Virus record (IMG/VR): IMGVR_UViG_3300012573_000004
DNA length: 64,000 nucleotides
Reading direction: 5' to 3' (one strand)
Source: a virus
Lineage: Duplodnaviria > Heunggongvirae > Uroviricota > Caudoviricetes
The notes beneath the pieces are model-generated. The model worked only from the letters and a program-made list of their open reading frames with translations. It was not told where the DNA came from and did no database searches. This document shows, one piece after another, positions 10,113-19,500 of the stretch (the stretch's first letter is position 1; the number at the start of each line of letters is the position of its first letter). A program made the translations under genes and the position numbers.

Positions 10113-11906
10113 ATGGCAAGAAGAAAGACACGCAAATCACCCGCTAGGCGCTCACGTAAGCGCTCAACATCTTCTAAGAAGTCAACTACCCTTAATAGCT
10201 CACAGAAGTCCTTAAAACAGCGTCAGAAGGCTCCTTGGGATAGGTTGAAATTAGCAGGATACAGTACCCCTATTATCTATCAATTCCCGTGGGAGGATAG
10301 AGCATTATCTAAAGTGGCACAAGCTGAATACTTCCCTGGTATTGGGTATGTATCTTTGAAAGAAAATCCTCTCTTTAAAGACTATAGGATAAAAAACTAC
10401 TCTTGGGAGAAGTTCATAGAAGATAAAACTAGCAATACAACATCTACTCCTTTCCCAGAAGGAGAAGATCCTTATGTTTTAAGAGAAGATCAAAAAGAAG
10501 ATGTTGCAACTATCATTAAAGCTTATAATGCTGGTGCTCCTGAATTCTTGATTGCCAATGCTACTGGTACAGGAAAAACAGTTACTACCCTTGCAGCATT
10601 AGATGAGCTTAATCCTCACAGTGTTCTTATAGTATGTCCTACAGCAGTTATTCCTGTATGGAGAAGACATATTGAAGATATGGGTGATAAGGGAAGGAAG
10701 TATGTTATTATCAACTATGAATCCTTGAAGAAACTTGTGTCCCCTCCTGATGAAGCAGTTAAAGCTAAAAAGGCAGCAACTCAAAATAAACACATTTCTC
10801 TATCAGGAAAACCTTATACACATTTTGATGCAGTTGTCATTGATGAAGCACACAAGACTAAAAACCCTACTGCACAACAATCACGCATATGCTCTATGAT
10901 CTCTGCGCATGCACGCTTTACTCTAAGGCTCACAGCTACCCCTGGAAAGAATCCTTCACAGCTTCATTACTTGTATAGACTTTTATCTTTTAATACTGGG
11001 GATAACATTGAAGTAAAAGATGATAAAGATTTCTCCCGCTATATTTCCTGGTGTAAAAAGCATCATGTTGATGGCATTGTCTCTGCTCCTTTTGGAAATG
11101 GTATTACCTTTGAAGGCGGTAGTGACTCTGTAAGAGCTATGGAGAAGATACTCTATGGAAAAACTACCCACGGTGTTACAACAGCCATAAAGAAGAAACC
11201 ACACAATTGGGATAAAGTAATAAGACAACCCTACCCTATTGACATTTCTGCACAAGAAAAACAGGACTATCAACTTCTAGTAGAAGATGTAAAAAACATT
11301 ATGCTCAATGCTGGAAAATCTAGAAGAATGGATATGTCTAAAGGTATTGCTGCAATGATGAAGATGCGTCAAAAAGCTGGTCTTTTAAAAGCATCACATA
11401 TTGCCAACTACACACAGTATTGTGTTCAAGATCTAGGAGAACAAGTAGTTATATCTACTGTATTTCACAACACTGCAGAAGTCATTGAAGAAAAACTTCA
11501 TTCCTTAAAGATTGACTGTGTAACTATCACAGGAAAAGACTCTGCTGAAGACAAAGAAGATAAAAGACTAGCCTTTCAACAAGGTAGAGTCCCTGTAGTC
11601 ATCACCTCTATTACTACAGGTATTTCCTTACACAGCAATGAAGAATCAGTAGGAGGAAACTCTACTCCTCGCAGGCTCATTGTAGGAGATATCCACTTTT
11701 CTCCTATTGAGCATACACAGCTAGAGGGAAGAATCAACAGGAATGGAGAAAGCGGGATTGTAGTCATTCCTATGCTTGCTGATACAGTAGATGAGAAAGT
11801 TGTATCTACTTTACTTCATGGTGTAGAAACTCAATCTATTCTTCAATCACATGGCGATGAAGATGATATTGCTTTTCTTGCAGATGCACTAGGAGTAAAA
11901 CTTTAA
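10113..11906 (+). CDS. SNF2/DEAH-box superfamily-2 helicase with a basic N-terminal tail
   Basis: Walker A GTGKTVTT. DEAH box VVIDEAHKTKN. Motif VI QLEGRINRNGESG. SD aaaagaggataggttatctATG. Confidence 0.75.
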   Translation: MARRKTRKSPARRSRKRSTSSKKSTTLNSSQKSLKQRQKAPWDRLKLAGYSTPIIYQFPWEDRALSKVAQAEYFPGIGYVSLKENPLFKDYRIKNYSWEKFIEDKTSNTTSTPFPEGEDPYVLREDQKEDVATIIKAYNAGAPEFLIANATGTGKTVTTLAALDELNPHSVLIVCPTAVIPVWRRHIEDMGDKGRKYVIINYESLKKLVSPPDEAVKAKKAATQNKHISLSGKPYTHFDAVVIDEAHKTKNPTAQQSRICSMISAHARFTLRLTATPGKNPSQLHYLYRLLSFNTGDNIEVKDDKDFSRYISWCKKHHVDGIVSAPFGNGITFEGGSDSVRAMEKILYGKTTHGVTTAIKKKPHNWDKVIRQPYPIDISAQEKQDYQLLVEDVKNIMLNAGKSRRMDMSKGIAAMMKMRQKAGLLKASHIANYTQYCVQDLGEQVVISTVFHNTAEVIEEKLHSLKIDCVTITGKDSAEDKEDKRLAFQQGRVPVVITSITTGISLHSNEESVGGNSTPRRLIVGDIHFSPIEHTQLEGRINRNGESGIVVIPMLADTVDEKVVSTLLHGVETQSILQSHGDEDDIAFLADALGVKL

Positions 11907-12004
11907 TCTTTCCTGTGGATTTCACATATATAACTTCGTTATGATATAGTTTTCAACTATGAACATTTGCACATATCTTTTGTCACGAAGAGAAGAGGAA
12001 AAAC

Positions 12005-12388
12005 ATGGCAAAAACTTACCAAACTCATATCATGTGGTCAGGTCACGGAGATGACATCTACAACCAACCTGTCAGTCTTCTAGCTTCTGGAGAAGACAAT
12101 GCACGAGAGATGTTTAGCAACATTGTCTCTGAAGGTCTTGCTATTAAAAATGATGGTCTTTTCCTAGCAGCTGTTTCACCAGAAATGACTGAAGAGGAAA
12201 TCAATACCTATTCTGATGATAAGGAAGCACTCTGTGCAATCATCAAAAGTGAAGATGAAAAGTTCTCTCTTGGATCACTGATTAAAGAATATGCTACCAG
12301 CAATGATGACTGGGCAGAAGGTTCTTTGACTGTTATCTATGATAATGATGAAACTGATGCTGATGTTACTATGACTAACCGTGGATAG
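12005..12388 (+). CDS. Small acidic hypothetical protein
   Basis: ORF with the SD agaggaaaaacATG, followed by a strong terminator. Confidence 0.55.
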   Translation: MAKTYQTHIMWSGHGDDIYNQPVSLLASGEDNAREMFSNIVSEGLAIKNDGLFLAAVSPEMTEEEINTYSDDKEALCAIIKSEDEKFSLGSLIKEYATSNDDWAEGSLTVIYDNDETDADVTMTNRG

Positions 12389-12404
12389 TTCTATACAATA
12401 GAAA

Positions 12405-12442
12405 CCCCCTAGCAAAGAATAATCTTGCTAGGGGGATTTTTT
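12405..12442. terminator. Bidirectional rho-independent terminator (ccccctagcaa...ttgctaggggg plus T6) between convergent genes
   Basis: Read in the sequence. Confidence 0.85.
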
Positions 12443-12464
12443 GTGTCCCTTTTATATAAAGAGA

Positions 12465-13769
12465 CTACTCATTGTCCTTCTCTTCATTGTTTTTCCCTTG
12501 GGAAGTATTATCTTCTGACTCTTTGTTTTCTTGTCTATTATCCTCCAGTGGAATAGCTCCAGCTTTCTCCATAGCTTTGTGATAAGACTTAGCAGCTTTT
12601 TCTTTCTGCTTTCTTCTCTCACGAAGTTGCTGAGTAGACTGTGATTCATCTGTTTCCTGATAACGGAATTGAGGAACAACCCAACCACGGTTTTGAGGGC
12701 TAGAAGAACCTCCTACACCCTTCTTTTTGTTGGTATTAGCAAAACGAGCCTTAGTCAAGGAACGTCCTACCTGTGCAATAGTTCCAGCAAAGTTAACCCT
12801 TTGATCATCAGGGAGATTTTTAGCGTTATTAGCAATCATTCCACGGCGAGTGGTAGCAGCATGAAGAGAATCAAATTCACCCAACTTGACAGTGACATCT
12901 TTACCTCTGGTATTGGTAAGCATATGTCCTAGTTCTTGAGTGTTTTTATCCACTGGAGAAGCATCCTCAAAAGAGGTTGCTACAGTAGTGCGCATTGACA
13001 CAACATACTTGCCATCTTTGTTTTCTGTAATATGCATGTCATGGCGTCCCTCTACTACAGATCCATCTGGCATAGAAAGACGAGTCATTTTAGTCAAACT
13101 GTCAGCAGCTTTACTACCAATCTCTTCTCCATCAATCTTTTTTGGAGGTCTAGTTGACTCCTCTTTTCTCCATGCAGAATCGGCACCAGTTTCTACCCAT
13201 GTAGATGCACGCTGTAGCTGTTCATCACTAAGATCATCAAGTTCTACTTTTTGAGGTTTTCCTGTAGTGTAGTCAATCCCTGATTTGTTGCGTTGTGCTC
13301 TAGGAGAAAACTCTGCACCACGGTTGATTGCTTCTTGTCTAAGTATTGGTCTTTCACTAATAAACTCATGATAGTCCTTATAGGAATCATCCCTTCTAGC
13401 GATACCTTCTTTCAAGAGCTTATCATAACGCTCAATCTTGCCTTGCTTTTCCTCCCACAGTCTTAGAGCACCTTGCTTAGAAGGAGAAGGTTTGCGTTTA
13501 GGCAAAGAGTCTTGCACCTCTTTAATCTGCTCTGCAAGGTACTCTTGTCCAGCTGGAGTAGCATAAAACACACGGTTTGCCTGCTCCATGCGAAGCTCAG
13601 CATTGTGTAGGCTTTTAGCTACTTTTTCTGGCATAGGGTTGTCATTGCCGCCATCTTCAAAAGGTTGTGCTTGTGCTTGTGCCTTTTGAAGATTTTTCCT
13701 TGCTGCTGCATGACGTTTTCTACCACTATTAGAACACCTTGGGCCTGGTCTTGCTCTACACATGTTCAT
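12465..13769 (-). CDS. Hypothetical protein (basic N- and C-termini, Q/K/E-rich)
   Basis: 434-aa ORF with no recognisable motifs. Confidence 0.5.
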   Translation of the reverse strand: MNMCRARPGPRCSNSGRKRHAAARKNLQKAQAQAQPFEDGGNDNPMPEKVAKSLHNAELRMEQANRVFYATPAGQEYLAEQIKEVQDSLPKRKPSPSKQGALRLWEEKQGKIERYDKLLKEGIARRDDSYKDYHEFISERPILRQEAINRGAEFSPRAQRNKSGIDYTTGKPQKVELDDLSDEQLQRASTWVETGADSAWRKEESTRPPKKIDGEEIGSKAADSLTKMTRLSMPDGSVVEGRHDMHITENKDGKYVVSMRTTVATSFEDASPVDKNTQELGHMLTNTRGKDVTVKLGEFDSLHAATTRRGMIANNAKNLPDDQRVNFAGTIAQVGRSLTKARFANTNKKKGVGGSSSPQNRGWVVPQFRYQETDESQSTQQLRERRKQKEKAAKSYHKAMEKAGAIPLEDNRQENKESEDNTSQGKNNEEKDNE

Positions 13770-13928
13770 CCCTCTTTCTTTTATATATTATTTGTTGTAA
13801 TAAGATTACATTGTTTAATAATAACAGTGTCCCCTATCACTGTGCATTAGATGATTTTTGACTTTTTATCCACTTATGTCTATTATAAAAATACACATAG
13901 GAAAACAACTACTAGAAAGGATATACCA

Positions 13929-14273
13929 ATGACTGCACAGTATTTCTTTGTTAAATATGCCAAAGGGCAAGATGGAGGGTTTGGAGATTACCGCTCTCCT
14001 GACTGGGAAAGCGCAGAATATCTTAAAGATAACAATGGAAACCTATTATGGTTTTCTAATGGGGAGGAAGCAGGCAAGTTTGTTCAATCTTGCAATGACT
14101 ATTCTGAAAATGTGTTTTATTCTCATGGTGATCATTATGAATATGATGGTGATTTTCCTGTAGAGTATGCTGTATTTTCTTTTGCAGTCCCTAACACTGA
14201 GTCTGCTGTAGGTGCTGATGCTGCATTTATGGAATACAAAGAGAAGATAAAAGAAGAAGCACTTTCTTGGTGA
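13929..14273 (+). CDS. Hypothetical protein
   Basis: Start at MTAQYFF, preceded by the SD aaaggatataccaATG. Confidence 0.5.
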   Translation: MTAQYFFVKYAKGQDGGFGDYRSPDWESAEYLKDNNGNLLWFSNGEEAGKFVQSCNDYSENVFYSHGDHYEYDGDFPVEYAVFSFAVPNTESAVGADAAFMEYKEKIKEEALSW

Positions 14274-14383
14274 AAGGTTGTGCTGCATAAACAACCATGC
14301 TATGATATAGTTAGTTGTTAACCTTTTATTAACTTTCTATAAACCCAGATGAACATGCACAACAAAAGTAAGGAGATTATATC

Positions 14384-14476
14384 ATGAAGTTCATTGCTAA
14401 GCTCTTCAACATCAAGAAGGATGCCACCCCTGTTGATGCAGCTTATCAGCGTGGATATGTTATGCTAATTCGATAA
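14384..14476 (+). CDS. Candidate 30-aa small protein (MKFIAKLFNIKKDATPVDAAYQRGYVMLIR)
   Basis: Perfect SD taaggagattatatcATG with an intrinsic terminator immediately downstream. Below the 60-aa cutoff of the ORF track. Confidence 0.4.
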   Translation: MKFIAKLFNIKKDATPVDAAYQRGYVMLIR

Positions 14477-14490
14477 AAGACAGCGCAAAA

Positions 14491-14526
14491 ACACCCCTTG
14501 ATAAGGAATCAAGGGGTGTTTCTTTA
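14491..14526 (+). terminator. Rho-independent terminator (acaccccttgat/atcaaggggtgt)
   Basis: Read in the sequence. Confidence 0.7.
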
Positions 14527-14536
14527 TGCCTAAAAG

Positions 14537-15292
14537 TTACATCCTTGGACCTGTGCTTCCTACTGCAACAGCAAAAAGTGATACAATAACAAACAGAAAT
14601 AGCACTATCAATGGTAGCAAGAGTGCTACCCAGTTTATCACCTTAGATGCTTTATCTTTTTCATAGGAGTTATCTAGTATAAATAGGTAGTAGAATGGAA
14701 GAATGATGCCAATTCCAGTAAATAATGACACTACTAGGTTAATAATGGCAAAGAAAAGCTGATTTCCCTGTGTTTTCAAAAACTCAGGCCAGTTGCTACT
14801 ACCATTGCCAGTATCACCAGAATGGATGAAATCTTCATACTGTTGCTTCACCTGAGCAGGTGGAACAGGAGGAACTGGTCCTCCTCCAGTGAAATAAGAG
14901 TTTCCTTGCTGCTGTTGCATCTGGCTATCTTCATCATAGTCATATCCATCATAGTGTGAAGAGGAAAAGTCTTCATACTGTGCAGCATTGGATTCTGGAA
15001 TATTATCTACATCAGCAAAAGGAGTTCTGCGAGGAGTGTATTCTTCTGCAGTGTCTTCTTCCTGGTAATCACTATCATCATTGATGAAATCATCACCAGT
15101 GTAGTATTCATCAAGACCACTGTCAGTATCTGGGTAGTAATCTTGATCTTCAGTGCTATCTTCTTCTGCTACAGCATGTGTATCTTCCTGCTCTGTATAA
15201 GGAGTAGCTGTAGAGTTATTTTCTTCTGTACTATCCACCTCATCATCATAAGGTGCATGGGTGGGGTATTTATTGTTTTGTGGTTGAGTCAC
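14537..15292 (-). CDS. Membrane protein with an acidic Q-rich N-terminal region and two C-terminal TM helices. Start uncertain (possible GTG).
   Basis: ORF 14537..15430. There is no early ATG. A GTG at 15292 has the SD gaaggtga. C-terminus has TM segments LVVSLFTGIGIILPFYYLF and LLLPLIVLFLFVIVSLFAVAVG. Confidence 0.4.
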   Translation of the reverse strand: MTQPQNNKYPTHAPYDDEVDSTEENNSTATPYTEQEDTHAVAEEDSTEDQDYYPDTDSGLDEYYTGDDFINDDSDYQEEDTAEEYTPRRTPFADVDNIPESNAAQYEDFSSSHYDGYDYDEDSQMQQQQGNSYFTGGGPVPPVPPAQVKQQYEDFIHSGDTGNGSSNWPEFLKTQGNQLFFAIINLVVSLFTGIGIILPFYYLFILDNSYEKDKASKVINWVALLLPLIVLFLFVIVSLFAVAVGSTGPRM

Positions 15293-15489
15293 TATGGTGT
15301 CACCTTCCAATTGTGAGGTTAAAAGATTGAAAAAATGTATATAACATATGATAACAGGAAAGGTGCTTATCCTGTTATAGTTGTTACTGGTGTGTTTTAA
15401 AAAAGTTTGTGTCCCTTTTTTATAACACAAAAATAACCTCTTTTCCTTGTAAAAGATTAACCTACAGGGAAAAGAGGTTATGAGCTATC

Positions 15490-16254
15490 CTATGCACTCA
15501 AAGCACGGTGTCCTGAGATGCGTCCAGTCTTTCCTGTGTCAAACTTAGAGCCATCAGCATAACCTGCATTATAAGAGTTCCTATCTACAGAAGATCTAGA
15601 AGAAGTCTTGATATTTCCCTTGCAATCACCCATAGCATATTCTTTAGCTTTTTCCTGATCATTGATAATGGCTACTACACCATCACCATTATTACTACGA
15701 GCTTCAGCTTCATGTCCTCGTAGAGAATCCTTAATAGCAGAAGCATAGCCTACCATGTGGGAAAGACGCTTTTTGCGAACCCCATAGACTCCAGAAGGAA
15801 TAGCCTTCATAGCAGAATCAACCATGGTCAAAGATGCTACAGAGAACAACATCTTCACTCGCTCACGGTCAATATCTCGCCCATAAATATCCACAGTATT
15901 AACAGCTTTTCCTGGGATATTACTTCCCACTGCATAGCAGCCTAGAGCATTAGAAATAACTGTCACTAGAATGTGCTGTTGCTTCTTATAAGGAATATTA
16001 GAGTCAAAGACAATGCTGTCTTTGCCCATTTCATTATTGTTATGTGCATTATGAGTATGAACATCATTTTCTTCAATACCATACTGAGCCATAAGCTTCA
16101 TAGCACGAGATAATGCTGCATCTCCTTCTGCTGTTCCCTGCTGATCATTAGCAAGGTTGAGAAGCTTGGAAATCTTTGCAGTGATAGTAGCACTCTTATG
16201 AGACAAGATATTCTCCTTGATATGGATGGTGTTTTCTTTTGATGCATTTCCCAC
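15490..16254 (-). CDS. DUF2786-like protein (common on phages and plasmids)
   Basis: ISKLLNLANDQQGTAEGDAALSRAMKLMAQYGIEE matches the DUF2786 pattern 'KirKLLakAest...EAeaaLakAqeLMakhGI'. Confidence 0.5.
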   Translation of the reverse strand: MGNASKENTIHIKENILSHKSATITAKISKLLNLANDQQGTAEGDAALSRAMKLMAQYGIEENDVHTHNAHNNNEMGKDSIVFDSNIPYKKQQHILVTVISNALGCYAVGSNIPGKAVNTVDIYGRDIDRERVKMLFSVASLTMVDSAMKAIPSGVYGVRKKRLSHMVGYASAIKDSLRGHEAEARSNNGDGVVAIINDQEKAKEYAMGDCKGNIKTSSRSSVDRNSYNAGYADGSKFDTGKTGRISGHRALSA

Positions 16255-16484
16255 TATATACCACTGTGTTTTTCTTGTCTATCCATATCCCTCATATGGG
16301 GGTGGGTAGAAAATAGCACGAATATAACTATTGACAAAAAGCAATCATTGTGATAGAGTTGTAAGCAACTGCATTGGTTAATCAATAGCAGGAATATATG
16401 TTTTTTCTTTGACATTTTTCAAAGAAATGGTGGAGCTAAAAAAGACACAGGAAAAATCCTGTGTCTTTTTCTATTTATTTTTTC

Positions 16485-16733
16485 TTAATGAGAAACATCA
16501 TCAGGTTGAGGGGTTTGTGACACACCTACATCACGAGAATCAGTATTGTGTTCACTATGACGGGTAGGTCCAGCAAGGATAACAGACATTAATACAACTA
16601 CAAGAATAATGCAAGATACTGCTAAAGAGATAGCAAAATCCTGAGCATTATTTTCTTGTAGAGTTCTGTTTTCCCTATAATACATGTCTTGATAGTCTCT
16701 AATGCTTTGAGAGCTGTCAGTATAAGTGCTCAT
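16485..16733 (-). CDS. Small membrane protein (one TM)
   Basis: ORF with the hydrophobic segment ISLAVSCIILVVVLMSVILAG. Confidence 0.4.
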   Translation of the reverse strand: MSTYTDSSQSIRDYQDMYYRENRTLQENNAQDFAISLAVSCIILVVVLMSVILAGPTRHSEHNTDSRDVGVSQTPQPDDVSH

Positions 16734-16796
16734 GATAAATATTCCTTCACAGTTGATATTTTCTTTTTGACAACCATTATAGCTTCCTTGGATTCT

Positions 16797-17066
16797 TTAA
16801 TCAAGGATATTTTCTTCAGAAGTACTTTCTGGTTCTACCACTTTATCATTCATGGGATCAATGATTTTTCCTTCACTGTTTCTAATGGTATTGCCTGGTC
16901 CAATATTATAGTCTGTGGTTTCCTCTTCTATAGGAGAGCTGTCATTAAAATTTGTTTCTACAGTAACAGATGTTGTTTCTTTATCTCCTTCTACATCAGA
17001 GCAGGCACTAAGAAAAATAGAGCTTATAATGATTGCAGCTGTTGCACGTTGTGACTTTGTAGACAT
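16797..17066 (-). CDS. Small lipoprotein
   Basis: Signal peptide with the lipobox IFLSAC|SD. Confidence 0.5.
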   Translation of the reverse strand: MSTKSQRATAAIIISSIFLSACSDVEGDKETTSVTVETNFNDSSPIEEETTDYNIGPGNTIRNSEGKIIDPMNDKVVEPESTSEENILD

Positions 17067-17123
17067 GTCTTTTATTCCTTTAGACTCTATATGCTTTGTA
17101 CTATTTTAACATAGAAAACATGT

Positions 17124-17357
17124 CTACTTATCTAGCATGTTTGTGTCCCTTTTTCTAAAAGAAGAATGGAATGTGAGAAATGCAGTATAGAGCACTAATA
17201 CCAGTACTATAATACCTCCTCCTCTACCACTATAATGCTCTATAAGGAAGAGCAAAAGAGCACATGTGCAAAACACACATGTGCTCAACAGCATTATCTT
17301 TCTAGCTATCAAAGAAATATCCCTTGATAACATCATAGACATACCAGTATCCTGCAA
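17124..17357 (-). CDS. Small membrane protein
   Basis: ORF with two hydrophobic segments. Overlaps the upstream ORF. Confidence 0.35.
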   Translation of the reverse strand: MQDTGMSMMLSRDISLIARKIMLLSTCVFCTCALLLFLIEHYSGRGGGIIVLVLVLYTAFLTFHSSFRKRDTNMLDK

Positions 17358-17619
17358 GAGGAATCAGCCCTGCAATATTCTCTAGATACACAGTGCCATA
17401 ATAAGCTATGACACCAGGAGTGATAAGAAGAATAGCCAAAGCAACAAACACTGCAATGTTAAATGCATATTGAGATGCCTTATGTTGGATATTCTTTCCA
17501 GAATGGGTGAAAGTAGTCATTGTGGTGCTACATCCTTTTCTTATCAGGAGTTGAACAAGTGAAATGTTCTTTTCTTGAAGAACAACTTTCACTGTAGTCA
17601 CAAAAACACCACAAGTCAA
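17302..17619 (-). CDS. Small membrane protein
   Basis: ORF with the hydrophobic segment IAVFVALAILLITPGVIAYY. Confidence 0.35.
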   Translation of the reverse strand: MTCGVFVTTVKVVLQEKNISLVQLLIRKGCSTTMTTFTHSGKNIQHKASQYAFNIAVFVALAILLITPGVIAYYGTVYLENIAGLIPLAGYWYVYDVIKGYFFDS

Positions 17620-17631
17620 TATTTACCCCAT

Positions 17632-17805
17632 TTAGGGTGTAGTAGTTACTGTTTCTACTTGTTCTACTTGTGTATTTTCAACAGAAGAAGATTCAACCTG
17701 ATGATGAAAATAAATGGCCATTGCAGCTCCAATAGCTAGAATCCCCAGCAAAATCACAGCACAGAGAAAGTCTTTCCCTTTTTCACTTAGTTGTTTCATA
17801 GGCAT
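17632..17805 (-). CDS. Candidate 57-aa membrane protein (MPMKQLSEKGKDFLCAVILLGILAIGAAMAIYFHH...)
   Basis: SD aaaggagaaaaaATG. TM helix. Below the 60-aa cutoff of the ORF track. Confidence 0.4.
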   Translation of the reverse strand: MPMKQLSEKGKDFLCAVILLGILAIGAAMAIYFHHQVESSSVENTQVEQVETVTTTP

Positions 17806-17820
17806 TTTTTCTCCTTTGTA

Positions 17821-18657
17821 TTACCAGCTAGACAGTAGAGAAGAGCCAGAGCTTAGACCAGGAACTGCAGGTTTAGGTGGTGTAGAAGGAATGCCCGGAA
17901 GAGGAGAAGGGGAAGGAGCTGGTGCAGGTGAAGGCTGTGGGATGTTATCTTGTCCAACAACCTCTACACCCCATTGTGCAAAATCTTCAGATACTTCATC
18001 ACCAAAGTTGATATTATCATTGCCGATATATCCACCAGAAAGAGAAGCAATGATATGTGCCTTGCCATTGTCATCTACAGAATAAATAGGAGAACCCGAA
18101 TCACCACCAATAGCAAAAACACTAGCTTCTACACTTCCACGTTGGTAATCAATCTTAGTGACTTTGCCACATGTCTTTTGAGTGCTCCTGCCATATTTGC
18201 ATACATTATCCCACTTCTGTACATCACTGAGGGATTTTGAATTGTCAATAGGAATACCCCCTTCAATAACACCAGAAGTTGTTACTCCAGGTGATAGCTT
18301 GAAAATAGCCAAGTCATTAAATGTCTTTCCATTAGGGTTGTGGTGAAAAGAGTTATCACCATAGTAGTTATTCATAAAAGAATCATCAGAGATAGGAACA
18401 TTGCGAGAAGAAATCTTCTTCACTGGAGATCCATCATCACGCTTCCTCACGCAATGTCCTGCTGTTGCACCGTAAAGATCACCTTTTTTATCTTTTACTA
18501 CTGCAGTAAGAGTGCATAGTGACACCTTGTGGTTAGAAAAATGAATTTCAATTTGATTTCCAGGATTTACTGTAGCAGGTTCAGCATATGCTACAACAGG
18601 GGAAAAGAGAGCAACAGATGCTGCAGAAACAACTGCAGCAAACTTGGCTTTAAACAT
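17821..18657 (-). CDS. Secreted trypsin-like (S1/chymotrypsin fold) serine protease
   Basis: Signal peptide MFKAKFAAVVSAASVALFSPVVAYA. His motif TAGHC. Ser motif GGDSGSP. Pro-rich C-terminus. Confidence 0.8.
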   Translation of the reverse strand: MFKAKFAAVVSAASVALFSPVVAYAEPATVNPGNQIEIHFSNHKVSLCTLTAVVKDKKGDLYGATAGHCVRKRDDGSPVKKISSRNVPISDDSFMNNYYGDNSFHHNPNGKTFNDLAIFKLSPGVTTSGVIEGGIPIDNSKSLSDVQKWDNVCKYGRSTQKTCGKVTKIDYQRGSVEASVFAIGGDSGSPIYSVDDNGKAHIIASLSGGYIGNDNINFGDEVSEDFAQWGVEVVGQDNIPQPSPAPAPSPSPLPGIPSTPPKPAVPGLSSGSSLLSSW

Positions 18658-18881
18658 AGATAAGTGCCTTTCTAGATAGTTTTTGATAGTTCATAGTAGA
18701 ATAGATATTCTTTACAAGAGAGAATAATACTATGCTGCATTTTATCTGTCAAGAAAATAGGAAAGAAATATACATTGTCAATGTGTAAGTTTTTGTGTCC
18801 CTTTTTAAGATTCTATAAAAAACCCCTTTGATCTCTTGTAAAAAATCAAAGGGGAGGATGAAAAGTGGCTTTTGATATCAC

Positions 18882-19082
18882 TTAGAATGTAACACGATCA
18901 AGGATCTCTACATCAGCCTTAGACTCAATAACACCTTCCTCAATAAGCTCACGCTCTAGTGCAGAGATTGCACGCTTGAGGTTGGAGCCATAAATAGCAC
19001 GCTTATGAACGTCCTTGTTAAGGTCAAACTTTCCTTTATCATCTTTGTCCTTTTTGAAAACATAAGCAAAAACGTAGTTCAT
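18882..19082 (-). CDS. Small hypothetical protein
   Basis: Start at MNYVFAYVF with the SD aaaggacaaactatATG. Confidence 0.4.
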   Translation of the reverse strand: MNYVFAYVFKKDKDDKGKFDLNKDVHKRAIYGSNLKRAISALERELIEEGVIESKADVEILDRVTF

Positions 19083-19223
19083 ATAGTTTGTCCTTTGTCT
19101 AGGGTACAGTTTCTTTCTATGTGTTATGTGAAACACATTGCAAGCATTTTATCACCAAAAGGGAACATTTTGCAGAAAACAAAAAAGAAACACCGCTAAT
19201 AGTTTAATCAACGGTGTTTTTGG

Positions 19224-19296
19224 AGCCTTCTATCGGGATCGAACCGATGACCTACGCATTACAAGTGCGTTGCTCTACCATCTGAGCTAAGAAGGC
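19224..19296 (-). tRNA. tRNA-Thr (anticodon TGT)
   Basis: Reverse complement GCCTTCTTAGCTCAGATGGTAGAGCAACGCACTTGTAATGCGTAGGTCATCGGTTCGATCCCGATAGAAGGCT. Anticodon loop CTTGTAA. Confidence 0.85.
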
Positions 19297-19500
19297 ATAT
19301 ATGCTTATCAACCTGTGTTTCTATCACTGTCAATCAGCATGAATACAACTATAACACACAGTTTTTCTACCTGTCAAATTGATGCTCAATATTGTTTCTA
19401 ACCAGGGAAGATTGGAAATAATAGAATAAGAATATCAATTGTTATAATCAATACATTGCAGTACTTTTTAACTTCTACTTTATTTTAAGGATGTATCCCC

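Noticed and set aside
10983-11767. ORFs 10599..10793(-), 10983..11273(-) and 11576..11767(-) inside the SNF2 helicase gene
   Set aside because: Antisense to a gene with unmistakable helicase motifs and lacking any RBS.
17714-18240. ORFs 17714..18085(+) and 17950..18240(+)
   Set aside because: Antisense to the well-supported protease gene 17821..18657. The Pro/Gly-rich antisense translation is a repeat artefact.
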